64,000 nucleotides of DNA from Mobula hypostoma (taxonomy: Eukaryota): contig NC_086108.1 in the NCBI RefSeq assembly GCF_963921235.1, positions 38,628,001 through 38,692,000 on the forward strand, written 5' to 3'. The notes below the pieces were generated by a model that did no database searches, had not been told where the DNA came from, and saw nothing but the letters and a program-made list of their open reading frames with translations. Shown here piece by piece: positions 1 through 11,861 of this stretch. Made by a program: the position numbers and the translations under genes. The number at the start of each line of letters is the position of its first letter. Position 1 is the stretch's first letter.

Positions 1-1178
1 TGCCGCATCTGCTCTCAGGATGAGGCTTTTCATTCTAGGACGAGGGAGATGTCTTCATTTTTTAAAGAAAGGGGCTTCCCTTCCTCCACTATCAAATCTG
101 CTCTTAAACGCATCTCCCCCATTTCACGTACATCTGCTCTCACTCCATCCTCCCACCACCCCACTAGGAATAGGGTTCCCCTGGTCCTCACCTACCACCC
201 CACCAGCCTCCGGGTCCAACATATTATTCTCCGTAACTTCCGCCACCTCCAATGGGATCCCACCACTAAGCATATCTTTCCCTCCCCCCCTCTCTCTGCA
301 TTCCGCAGGGATCGCTCCCTACACAACTCCTTTGTCCATTCGTCCCCCCCATCCCTCCCCACTGATCTCCCTCCTGGCACTTATCCGTGTAAGCGGAACA
401 AGTGCTACACATGCCCTTACACTTCCTCCCTTACCACCATTCAGGGCCCCAAACAGTCCTTCCAGGTGAGGCATCACTTCACCTGTGAGTCGACTGGGGT
501 GATATACTGCGTCCGGTGCTCCCGATGTGGCCTTTTATATATTGGTGAGACCCGACGCAGACTGGGAGACCGCTTTGCTGAACGTCTACGCTCTGTCCGC
601 CAGAGAAAGCAGGATCTCCCAGTGGCCACACATTTTAATTCCACATCCCATTCCCATTCTGACATGTCTATCCACGGCCTCCTCTACTGTAAAGATGAAG
701 CCACACTCAGGTTGGAGGAACAACACCTTATATTCCGTATGGGTAGCCTCCAACCTGATGGCATGAACATTGACTTCTCTAACTTCCGCTAGGCCCCACC
801 TCCCCCTCGTACCCCGTCTGTTACTCTTTTTAATGCACACATTCTTTCTCTCACTTTCCTTTTTCTCCCTCTGTCCCTCTGAATATACCTCTTGCCCATC
901 CTCTGGGTCACCCCCACCCCGTCTTTCTTCCCGGACCTCCTGTCCCATGATCCTCTCGTATCCCCTTCTGCCTATCACCTGTCCAGCTCTCGGCTCCATC
1001 CCTCCCCCTCCTGTCTTCTCCTATCATTTTGCATCTCCCCCTTCCCCTCCTGCTTTCAAATCCCTTACTCACTCTTCCTTCAGTTAGTCCTGACGAAGGG
1101 TCTCGGCCTGAAACGTCGACTGCGCCTCTTCCTAGAGATGCTGCCTGGCCTGCTGCGTTCACCAGCAACTTTGATGTA
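1..1178 (+). mobile_element. Penelope-like retroelement 3' part (RT tail + GIY-YIG endonuclease, pLTR)
   Basis: ORF 49-792: C-x4-C-x2-C motif, GVIYCVRCSRCGLLYIGETRRRLGDRFAE, PVATHFN, E..LI...SLQPDGMN; pyrimidine-rich UTR and pLTR. Confidence 0.92.
1086..1121 (+). ncRNA. Minimal type I hammerhead ribozyme in Penelope pLTR
   Basis: AGTC-CTGACGA-AGGgtctcggCCT-GAAA-CG-TC-GACT: intact core, stems I and II, palindromic mini stem III. Confidence 0.8.
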
Positions 1179-1237
1179 TGCTGCCATAGTTCTATCATCA
1201 TTTTCATTTAATTTTAGTAATAATATGGACAAGTTAC

Positions 1238-1411
1238 CAATACAAGTTGGATAAGATTGGTCGGCAAACCATTATCCATCCTTGCATGTGATTACTTTAT
1301 TTCTTTGCAATCTGAACCGCTGTGCACATCTAATATTCGGTGATTCTCCATCTCTCTATGAAGATCTTCTGGGTGGTGTCATGTTGGGAATATTTGGACT
1401 TGAACATGGCC
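1238..1411 (-). pseudogene. Pseudogenised sushi/CCP (SCR) domain exon, F13B/CFH-family-like
   Basis: AG|..|GT-bounded 174-bp phase 1/1 exon: PCSSPNIPNMTPPRRSS*RDGESPNIRCAQRFRLQRNKVITCKDG*WFADQSYPTCI. It has 4 Cys plus Trp in CCP spacing and two in-frame stops. Confidence 0.8.
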
Positions 1412-1779
1412 CTGATGAAACAATAGTTAATTTAATTTTCATTAAGCAGGATTATAAGCATATCGTTGTTTTTGATGATGGTCAAGTTCTTATTTAGCTT
1501 TTAGCAATTCCTAATGAGCATTTGCTGGAAAAGGCAAGCTTGAAAAGCAACAGCAAGGGTCTGCATGGTGACAGACCTTCTCAATGTAAACAAGGTGTGG
1601 GGCATAATGGGCTCTGCCCAGCAAAATGTTGACCAGACTTTGACAGCTGGCTTAGTTATGCTCACTGGACAAGTGGGCTTATACAGTAAACATGGAGGAA
1701 AAAGTGGAGTGGACTCAATTAGTCCACAAGGGAGGCAAGTGGTTTGATAACTAAAGGAAATCCATAACTTAAATAGTGC

Positions 1780-2415
1780 CATTCAACCATGACTGATTTA
1801 TTTTCACTCTCAATTACATTCTCCTGTCTTCTCCCCATAACCTTTGACACTCTTACTAATCAAGAACCTATCAATCTCTGCTTTAAAAATACCCAAATAA
1901 CTTGGCCTCCACAGCCACCTTTGGCAATGAATTCCACAGAATCACTACCCTCTGGCTAAAGAAATTCCTCCTCATCCTTGTTCTAAACAAACATCTTTGA
2001 ATTCTAAGGTTGTACCCTCTGGTTCTAGACTCTCCGACAAATGGAAACATCATTTTCACCTACACTCTTGCTAGACTTTTCAATATTCGGTAAGTTTCAA
2101 TGAGATCACCCTCGTTTTTCTAAACTGCAGCAAGTACAGGCCCAAAGCCATCAAACACTACTGATACATTAAACCTTTCACGATGAGGATCACTCTTGTA
2201 ACCTCCTCTGGACCCTCCCAAATGCCAGCACACTCTTCCTTAGATATATGGCCCAAAACTGTTCACAATATTCCAAAAGAGCCTTATAAAGTCTTAGCAT
2301 TACATCCTTCTTAACATTTATATTCTTGTCCTCTGCAAATGAATGCTAACATTGCATATGCCTCCCTTACCACCGACTCAGCCTACAAGTTAACCGCTGG
2401 GGAATCCTGTACTAG
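1780..2415 (-). mobile_element. Degenerate CR1 LINE 3' fragment
   Basis: Reverse-complement similarity to CR1 RT C-terminus and 3' UTR seen elsewhere in the window. Confidence 0.7.
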
Positions 2416-2419
2416 AACT

Positions 2420-2980
2420 CCGAACAACACATACAAAATGCTGGTGGAACGCAGCAGGCCAGGCAGCATCTATAGGAAGAAGTACAGTCGACGTTTCGGG
2501 CCAAGACTCTTCGTCAGGACTAACTGAAAGAAGAGCTAGTAAGAGATTTGAAAGTGGGAGGGGGAGGGGGAGATCCGAAATGATAGGAGAGGACAGGAGG
2601 GGAAGGGATGAAGCTAAGATCTGGAAAGTTGATTGGCAAAAGGGATACAAGGTTGGAGAAGGGAGAGGATCATGGGAAGGGAGCAACACTTACAGTACGC
2701 TGGATGAACTCAGAAGGTCGGGCAGCATCAGTGGAAATGATGAGTCGACGTTTTGGGCCAGAATCCTTTGTTAGGACTGAAGAATGAAGGAGGTGGAAGG
2801 ATTTGAAGAATGCTTGTAGGTTCAGTTGAAAGACCAGTAATTTGAAAGACGAAAGGGTGGGGGAGAGGAAGCATCGACGTCATAGGCAGGAAAACAATGG
2901 GTAGTAGAAGAAGGAGATCCTGCTTTCTCTGGGAATAAACAGTCAATGTTTTGGGCCAAAACCCTTCACCAGGACTTCAT
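2420..2980 (-). mobile_element. Cluster of Penelope pLTR fragments
   Basis: Reverse complement of the 940-1178 pLTR; one intact (2486-2521) and two decayed hammerhead motifs. Confidence 0.75.
2486..2521 (-). ncRNA. Minimal hammerhead ribozyme (Penelope)
   Basis: Minus strand AGTC CTGACGA agagtcttggccc GAAA CGTC GACT; stem II weakened. Confidence 0.65.
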
Positions 2981-3800
2981 GACATTGGTAGACAAGATGA
3001 GGAGGTCCTGAAGAAAGATTTTAAGGAACTAGGTATAAAGCTGAAAAAAAAGCACCATTAGAGTAGTAATCTCTAGGTTACTGCCTATGCCATGTGCCAG
3101 TGAGGGTAAGAATAGGATGATTTGGCAGGTGACTGCGTGGCTGAGGAGCTGGTGCAGTGGGCAGGGGTTCAGATTTATGGATCACTGGGATCTCTTCTGG
3201 GAAGGTATGAGCTGCACAAAGAGGGATAGGTTACACTTGAGCCCGAGGGGTCCAATATCCTTGCAGGCAGCTTGGCTAGAGTTGTTTGGGTAGGTTTGAA
3301 CTAATTTAGCGGGGGGTGGGAAGAATGATAATGCTGAAGATGAGGTAATTAGTTTACAAAGAGATGCAATGTGTTGTGAGCTCCTAGCATGGAGAGGCTG
3401 ATGATAGGACAAAATTGCAGTCATCAGGATGAATTTGCAAAGCAAAAGGTGGACAAAATTGAAAAGAGTGAATACAGGACTGAAGGTGTTGTCAAATCAC
3501 AAACAAGAGAAAATCTGCAGATGCTGGAAATCCAAGCAACACACAGTGCTGGACGAACTCAGCAGGCCAGGCAGCATCCATTGAAAAAAACCCTTCAGCA
3601 GGGTTTCGGCCCGAAATATCACTGTACTTTTGTCCATAGATGCTGCCTGGCTTGCTGAATTCCTCCAGCATTTGGTCTGAAGGTGTTATATTTGAATATG
3701 TGCATTATATGGAATAAGATAGATAAACTTGTAGCACAGTTACAGATTGACATGTATGATATTGTAGGCATCACTGAATCACGATTGAAAGAAGATTTTT
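2981..3800 (+). mobile_element. Old CR1 fragment (ORF1 esterase end to endonuclease start), interrupted by a Penelope cassette
   Basis: WLRSWCSGQGFRFMDHWDLFW and [24 protein letters not shown] match the young CR1 at 5250. Confidence 0.75.
3491..3676. mobile_element. Short inverted Penelope pLTR cassette with 11-bp TSD
   Basis: CTGAAGGTGTT at 3480-3490 and 3677-3687 flanks oppositely oriented pLTR ends. Confidence 0.75.
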
Positions 3801-3804
3801 CTTC

Positions 3805-4630
3805 TATCAAAGTGCATGATCATGCACTTCCCAACACTTATTCCATTTGCCATTTCTTTGCTCATTCTCCTAAGCTGTCTTTTCTTCTTTAGCCTCTCTA
3901 CTTCCTCAAAACTACCTGCCCCTCCACCTACCTTTGTATTGTCTGCAAACTTTGCAGCAGAGCCATCAAGTCCACCATCCAAAACATTAACATATAATGT
4001 AAAAAGAACCGGCCCTGATACAGATCCCTGTTGAACACCACTAGACACCGGCAGCCAACCAGAAAAGGCTCCCATTATTCACACACTTTGCCTCCTGCCG
4101 GTCAGCCACAGCTTTATCCATGCTAGAATCTTTCCTGTAATACCATGGGCTCGTAGCTTGTTAAGCAGCCTCATGTGTGGCATCTTGTCAAAGGCCTTCT
4201 GAAAATGCAAATACACAACATCAACCAATTCTCCTTTATTTATCCTGCTTGTTATCTCTTCAAAGAATTCCAACAGAATTGTCAGGCAAGTTTTTCACTT
4301 GAGGAAACTTTGCTGACTATGGCCTATTTTATCATGTGCCTCCAAGTATCCCAAAACCACATCATTAACAATCGACTCCAACATCTTCCCAACCACTGAG
4401 GTCAGACTAATTGTCCTATAATTTCCTTTCCTCTGCCTCTATCCCTTCTTGAAGAGTGGAGTGATATTTTCAATTTTCCAGTCTTCTGGAACCATTCTAG
4501 AATTTAGTGATTCTTGAAAAATCATTATTAATATCTCCACCATCTCCTCAGCCACCTCTTTTAGAATCCTAGGTGTATACTGTCTGGTCCAAATAACTTA
4601 TCTACCTTTGGACCTTTCAGTTTCTCAAGA
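3805..4630 (-). mobile_element. Degenerate CR1 RT fragment
   Basis: EFFEEITSRINKGELVDVVYLHFQKAFDK; SGVQQGSVSGP; KFADNTK. Confidence 0.85.
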
Positions 4631-4906
4631 ACATTCTCTGCACAAGGGTTCACATGCTCATCTCAATACTTAACAAGTATCTGCCTCCAACGTTCCTCAA
4701 GCAGTGTGTTTAAATCTTTAACCATTCTCTGTATTAAAAAACTGCTTAAATTCCCTCTAAATCATGAAAACCTTATCTTAAACATAAACCTTCTGGTTTT
4801 AGATATTCCACCTGAACTAATCCAATTTACCCATGCTTGGCCCACATCCCTCTGAGCCTTTGTTATCAAAGCACCTGTACAAATGTTTTTTTAAATATTG
4901 TTGTTA

Positions 4907-7900
4907 GACCATAAGACCATAAGACATAGGAGCAGAATTAGGCCATCTGGCCCATCGAGTCTGCTCCACCATTGAATCATGGATGATTGTTTTATCTATC
5001 TCCTCCTCAACCCCAGTTCCTGGCCTTCTTCCCATAACTTTTGATGCCATGTTCAATCAAGAACCTATCAATCTCTGCCATACATATACCCAACGACCTG
5101 GCCTCCACAGCTGCATGTGGCAACAAATTCCACAAATTTACCACCCTTTGGTTAAAAAAATATCTCCACATCTCTGTTTTGAAAGGAGCCTTCTTTCCTG
5201 AGGCTATGCCCTCTTGTCCTAGACTCTCCCACCATGGGAAACATCCTTTTTGAGTACTCTTGGGGGGGACAGCTTACCCAGGGGAAGCGACAGTGGCCGT
5301 GCCTCCGGCACAGAGTCTGGCCCTGTAGCTCAGAAGGGTAGGGCAAGGAAGAGGAGGGCAGTTGTGATAGGGGACTCGATAGTAAGGGGGTCAGATAGGC
5401 GATTCTGTGGACGCAGTCCAGAGACCCAGATGGTAGTTTGCCTCCCTGGTGCCAGGGTCTGGGATATTTCTGATCGTGTCCAAGATATCCTGAAGTGGGA
5501 GGGTGAGGAGCCAGAGGTCGTGGTACATATAGGTACCAATGACATAGGTAGGAAAAGGGATGAGGTCCTGAAAGGAGAATATAGGGAGCTAGGAAGGGAG
5601 TTGAGAAAAAGGACCACAAAGGTAGTAATCTCGGGATTACTGCCTGTGCCACGCGACAGTGAGAGTAGGAATGCGATGAGGTGGAGGATAAATGCGTGGC
5701 TGAGGGATTGGAGCAGGGGGCAGGGATTCAAGTTTTTGGATCATTGGGACCTCTTTTGGCGCAGGTGTGATCTGTACAAAAAGGACGGGTTACAATTGAA
5801 TCCTAGGGGGACCAATATCCTGGCAAGGAGATTAGTGGGGGCTACTGAGGTGACTTTAAACTAGAATGGTTGGGGGGTGGGAATCAAATTAAAGAGGCTA
5901 GGCGTGAGGAGGTTAGTTCACGACAGAGGGATGGGAACCAGTGCAGGGAGACAGAGGGGTGTAAAGTGAGGGTAGAAGCAAAAAGTACAAAGGAGAAAAG
6001 TAAAAGTGGCAGGCCGACAAATCCAGGGCAAGCATTGAAAAGGGCCACTTTTCAACATAATTGTATAAGGGCTAAGAGAGTTGTAAAAGAGCGCCTGAAG
6101 GCTTTATGTGTCAATGCAAGGAGCATTCGTAATAAGGTGGATGAATTGAAAGTGCAGATTGTTATTAATGATTATGATATAGTTGGGATCACAGAGACAT
6201 GGCTCCAGGGTGACCAGGGATGGGAGCTCAACGTTCAGGGATATTCAATATTCAGGAGGGATAGACGTGAAGGAAGGGGAGGTGGGGTGGTGTTGCTGGT
6301 TAAAGAAGAGATTAACGCAATAGAAAGGAAAGACATAAGCCGGGAAGATGTGGAATCGATATGGGTAGAGCTGCGTAACACTAAGGGGCAGAAGACGCTG
6401 GTGGGAGTTGTGTACAGGCCACCTAACAGTAGTAGTGAGGTCGGAGATGGTATTAAACAGGAAATTAGAAATGTGTTCAATAAAGGAACAGCAGTTATAA
6501 TGGGTGACTTCAATCTACATGTAGACTGGGTGAACCAAACTGGTAAAGGTGCTGAGGAAGAGGATTTCTTGGAATGTATGCGGGATGGTTTTTTGAACCA
6601 ACATGTCGAGGAACCAACTAGAGAGCAGGCTATTCTGGACTGGGTTTTGAGCAATGAGGAAGGGTTAATTAGCGATCTTGTCGTGAGAGGCCCCTTGGGT
6701 AAGAGTGACCATAATATTCATGGCAGATGCAATTTAATGTGGATAAATGTGAAGTTATCCACTTTGGTGGCAAAAATAGGAAAACAGATTATTATCTGAA
6801 TGGTGGCCGATTAGGAAAAGGGGAGGTGCAACGAGACCTGGGTGTCATTATACACCAGTCATTGAAAGTGGGCATGCAGGTACAGCAGGCGGTGAAAAAG
6901 GCGAATGGTATGCTGGCATTTATAGCGAGAGGATTCGAGTACAGGAGCAGGGAGGTACTACTGCAGTTGTACAAGGCCTTGGTGAGACCACACCTGGAGT
7001 ATTGTGTGCAGTTTTGGTCCCCTAATCTGAGAAAAGACATCTTTGCCATAGAGGGAGTACAAAGAAGGTTCACCAGATTGATTCCTGGGATGGCAGGACT
7101 TTCATATGAAGAAAGACTGGATGAACTGGGCTTGTACTCGTTGGAATTTAGAAGATTGAGGGGGGATCTGATTGAAACGTATAAGATCCTAAAGGGATTG
7201 GACAGGCTAGATGCAGGAAGATTATTCCCGATGTTGGGGAAGTCCAGAACGAGGGGTCACAGTTTGAGGATAGAGGGGAAGCCTTTTAGGACCGAGATTA
7301 GGAAAAACTTCTTCACACAGAGAGTGGTGAATCTGTGGAATTCTCTGCCACAGGAAACAGTTGAGGCCAGTTCATTGGCTATATTTAAGAGGGAGTTAGA
7401 TATGGGCCTTGTGGCTACGGGGGTCATGGGGTATGGAGGGAAGGCTGGGGCGGGGTTCTGAGTTGGATGATCAGCCATGATCATAATAAATGGCGGTGCA
7501 GGCTCGAAGGGCCGAATGGCCTACTCCTGCACCTATTTTCTATGTTTCTATGTTTCTATGCTTCCACATCTACTCTGTCTAGGCCTTTCAATATTCGAAA
7601 GGTTTCAATGAGATCCCCCCCTTATCCTTCTGAATTCCAGCAAATACAGACCCAGAGCCATCAAACGTTCCTCATATGATAACCCTTTCATTCCTGGAAT
7701 CATCCTTGTGAACCTCCTCTGGACACTCTCCGATGCCAGCACATCTTTTCTGAGATGAGGCGCCCAAAACTGTTCACAATACTCAAGGTGAGGCCTCATC
7801 AGTGCCTTATAAAGCCTCAGCATTACATCCTTGCTCTTGTATCCTAGACCTCTTGAAATGAATGCTGACATGGCATTTGCCTTCCTCACCACCGACTCAA

Positions 7901-8190
7901 ACTGCAAGTTAACCTTCAGGGTGTTCTACTCGAGGACTCCCAAGTCCCTCTGCATCTCAGATCCTGGATTTTCTCCCTGTTCAGAAAATAGTCTGCACGT
8001 TTATTTCTACTACCAAAGTGCATGACCATGCATTTTCCAACATTGTGTTTCATTTGCCACTTTCTTGCCCATTCTCCTAATCTGCATCTTGCCTGTTTCG
8101 TCAACACTACCTGCCCCTTCACCAATCTTGGTATCATCTGCAAACCTGGCAACAAAGGCATCTATTCCATCATCTAAATCATTTATATAC
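4907..8190 (-). mobile_element. Older CR1 3' part split by a younger CR1 (pieces 4907-5249 and 7561-8190)
   Basis: GGAAACATCCTT | TCCACATCTACTCTG rejoin across the insert; RPHLEYCEQFWAP and RFADDTK motifs; short 3' tail repeat at about 4907-4926. Confidence 0.8.
5250..7560 (+). mobile_element. Young CR1 LINE: ORF1 SGNH esterase, APE endonuclease, internally deleted RT, (TTTCTATG)3 tail
   Basis: [54 protein letters not shown]. Confidence 0.95.
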
Positions 8191-9884
8191 AATCATTTAT
8201 TGTACTTGCTTCAAGCACCTCCTCTGGCAGCTCATTCCATATTCTTACCACCAACCATGTGAAAAAATTACTACGCAGGTCCCTCTTAAATCTTTTCCCT
8301 CTTTTCTTTAACATACTTCCTCTAATTCTCAACTCCCGAACCGTGGGATTAAAACTGTACATTAACCTCATCAAAACTCCTCTGGATCTTATACACCTCC
8401 AAGATCATGCATCATTCCTCCTTCACTCTAGGAAATAAATTCCTAGCTTGCTCAACCCCTCCCTACAAACTCAGTCCCTCAAGACCTAACATCATCCTCT
8501 TGAATCTTTTCTGGATTCTTTCCAGATTAATGGCATCTTTCCTTTAGCAGGGTTATAACAACAGTACTCCAAGTGTAGTCAACGGCATCTTTGCAACTGC
8601 AACATTTCATACTAACTTCTTTGCTCAGTGTCCAACTGATAAAGGCTAGTGCATCAAAAACCTTATTCACCACCTGTTATGTCGTTTTTCTAGTGTGGCT
8701 AACTCCCTTCTTATCATTTTCAAAGTTAAGCTTTTTCTTTTTAGCACACTGCTGTCTTAAAGCAGAGTGTTGTATCCATTGCACTTGCAGGAAATTCTCT
8801 TTCTTTTTTCCAGAGGCCTTCGCTTCTAAACTCTTAGCAATCAAGTGCAGTAACTTTACCACCTTGATCTTTAGATCACTTTCCCAATACTGAGGTGGTC
8901 TCATTTACACAATACACATGCCAGCCTATTGAATCCTTCAAAATTTTTTCTATTCTCCTTGGATTTTGGAGAGATTCAGGCTCCAGTCCATGAGTAGCTT
9001 TCTTTTTTTTTAGCATTTTCCCCTGAATCCCATCAAATACATTAATTAATGAAATAAGAAGAAGCTCTTTTGGATTTTAATTTGAGTTAATGTATGAGAA
9101 AGAGAGCGACTCAATCATAAACTTTCTAACATTAAGTTTATTGTAAAAGTACATAGAATAATAGAAAAGAGAAGACAAACATGACGTCTCTAAGAAGAGG
9201 AAGTCTGCAGACGCCGGAAATCTGCAAGAAGTGTGTGTTGCAAGAAATCTCTGGCTGTTCTGCCTGTAGACGACTTCGACTCAGGATGGCTGGTCTCGAA
9301 TGCTTGTGATCATGGACAATGCCAGGATCACCACACTGAGAAGTCCAAAGAGTTCAGCCAACTTTCGAATGATGAAACCAACATCTTACAGTACATATGG
9401 ATAAAGCTTATCAGACACACTTTAAGTGAATCCGTAGACATACTTAGTAATAACAATATTATATGCAAGTCAATGATCAGTTGCTCTTGACAATATCAAG
9501 TGTTCTCTTTGATAATTAATGTGCAGCAGAAGTTGCTTTGTGAAGCAGAGGTAGGTTTTAACAATGATTGATTACGCATCACCCTGTGATGATTTCAACC
9601 CCCTTTTGGGGTATTTCAAATGTCAGTTTCCTGCCTGCATCTGGAATGCATGGTGGTTACTTGCAGTGTCCAGCTTTGCTCCTCTGTACGTGGTTGCAAG
9701 GCATGAGTGAATTCTGCAGAAGAGTGGTCCTTAAAAACTCCGGAATTCACCAACCACAACAGGGTGTAGAGTTCTGTTCCTGCTCACTTACTATGCCGAG
9801 AAGTTACCATTTATAGTTTCATTGACCTAATTGTAACAAATTCTACTGATAATCTGACAGATTAATAGATTATGTCACTTGCAA

Positions 9885-10960
9885 ATTTCGACAGATGTAC
9901 ATTCTGACTGATTGAATCTCCACCTGCTTTGGGGAAGTTCAATGTGCAGGATTGAAAGAGGCTGCGGAGGGTTATATCATCTGACAATCCACTCATGAGC
10001 ACTACCCTCCCCACCATCAAGGGTTATCTTCAAGAGGTGGCACCTCAAATTGGTGGCATCCATCATTAAGGGCTCTCATTATCTGGGACATGCATTTTTG
10101 TTACGAGGGGTGATTGATAAGTTGGTGACCTAAGGTAGAAAGAGTCAATTTTAGAAAACCTAGCACATTAATTTTTCAACATAGTCCCCTCCTACATGTA
10201 CACACTTAGTCCAGCGGTCGTGGAGCATACGGATCCCTTCCTTGTAGAAATGGTCCACAGCAGGGGTGATTGATAAGTTCATGGCCTAAGGTAGAAGGAA
10301 ATGAGTTATTAACTTCAAACTTTCTGCATTTTCATGCAAAGAGTTGAACACGTGCATGTAACGAGAGCGTCTTGGACCTCCAGGTGGTCCACAGCAGGGG
10401 TGATTGATACGTTCGTGGCCTAAAGTAGAAGGAGATGAGTTTTACAGCTCTCGTTACATGCACGTGCAGTTCAACTCTTTGCATGAAAATGCAGAAAGCT
10501 TGAAGTTAATAACACATCTCCTTCTACCTTAGACCATGAACTTATCAATCACCCCTGCTGGGGATTGCTTCTGGAGGTCCAAGACGCTGACTTCTACAAA
10601 GAAGGGATCCGTATGCTCCACGACTGCTGGACTAGGTGTGTAAATGTAGGAAAAATAAATGTGCTAGGTTTTCTAAAATTGACTCCTTGTACCTTAGGTC
10701 ATGAACTTATCAATCACCCCTCGTATTATTACCATGGCACAGGAGCCCAAAGACCATAATCAACATTTTAGGAACAGCGCCTTCCCTTTCACCAGCAGAT
10801 TTCTAAATGGTCCATGAACATGACCTCATTATTCCTCTTTTTCATTATTCATTTTTTGTAACTTAGAGTAACTTTTATACCTTGCACTGTATAGCAGCTG
10901 CAAAAAAAAAACAAATTTCATGACATACAATTAGAGAAATAAATCTGATTCTGATTATCT
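9885..10960 (+). mobile_element. Degenerate Rex1/Babar-like LINE 3' end, host of the mariner MITE
   Basis: Decayed RT C-terminal sequence continues across the MITE; AATAAA(TCTGAT)n tail. Confidence 0.55.
10104..10723. mobile_element. Palindromic Tc1/mariner MITE, TA TSD
   Basis: TA|CGAGGGGTGATTGATAAGTT...AACTTATCAATCACCCCTCG|TA; both arms carry the mariner C-terminus FYKEGIRMLHD(R/C)WT(K/R)CV; internal TIR copies. Confidence 0.9.
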
Positions 10961-11168
10961 AGCTGTTTTCAGCATCCTGTTGTAGATATTTGCATTTGGC
11001 ATTCCGATTAGTATACAAGAAAAGAGATAATTATATTGCAGATGCTGGAACCTGGAACAATTTGCTGAAGGAATTCGGCAGGTCGAACAGCATCTGTTGC
11101 AGGAAAGGTATTATTCACATTTGGTAGCTTACTTTCCTTTCCTCCCTAACAGTTGAAATTATCCTTAG

Positions 11169-11316
11169 CAATGCATTTTGGTGAAGAGTTTTCTCAATGG
11201 AGGCAGGCTACCGTCAATCGTCTTTCTATTTTGTAACCCTATTAATATCTGCATCTGAAACAGGTAATTAGCGAATAATGATGTATCCATTTTCAGTAGC
11301 AGGTGATAGCCAATTT
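11169..11316 (-). pseudogene. More decayed second CCP-like exon
   Basis: WLSPATENGYII / FRCRY**GYKIERRLTVACLH*ENSSPKCI G|CTAAG; frameshift, stops and a mutated donor. Confidence 0.4.
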
Positions 11317-11809
11317 TAAACCAAACAATGAAGGGGTTCTTTTGGACCTATTGCACCTTTGTTGGCTCATCAGGACAATCCCATTCCTTTACTAATGTTT
11401 CCTACAAGAACTTCTCCCTAGATTCCCAACGTCTCCCACTGTCCTCTTGTCCCCTCCCCCTCCAACCCTGATCCTACCATTCACCCACTCACTGGAGCTA
11501 ATCTTCCTGTGGCTAAGTAACAGACCTTTGTGCAGGATTTGGTAGATTTTAAACTTTGAAGTAGTTTAAACTTAAAATAATGTATGAAAAGATCAGGGAC
11601 AAGAAGAATGATTTTCAAAGTAAACAGGCATGCCATCTCAGTGAAAACCAGTACCTGTATTAGCACCCAGTTAATAATTTATTGCAAAATCAATGTCACA
11701 TTACAGTGATTGCACATCCTCATAACTTTTGGTAAAAAGAAAACATTCTTGCATGTGAGTTACCTGAAAGATAAAGTTAAACAATCTAGCAAATTGTTTA
11801 AATTCTTAC

Positions 11810-11861
11810 ACTGTGCTAAATGATACCAGCAAAGCTAGTCTGTTGTCAGAAAATAGGGCAT
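11810..11861 (-). pseudogene. Possible decayed signal-peptide first exon of the CCP gene
   Basis: ATG..MPYFLTTD*LCWYHLAQ + 1 nt |GTAAG; phase 1 matches the CCP exons. Confidence 0.25.

Noticed and set aside
20..469. 149-aa Pro/Ser-rich ORF and the other short ORFs at 192-1254
   Set aside because: Alternative frames of the Penelope element and its pyrimidine-rich UTR.
5250..5864. SGNH/GDSL esterase as a host enzyme gene
   Set aside because: It is CR1 ORF1, contiguous with the APE endonuclease and the CR1 3' tail.
10255..10560. Repeated ~35-nt units resembling a CRISPR array
   Set aside because: Internal TIR copies of a mariner MITE in mixed orientation; no unique spacers and no cas genes.
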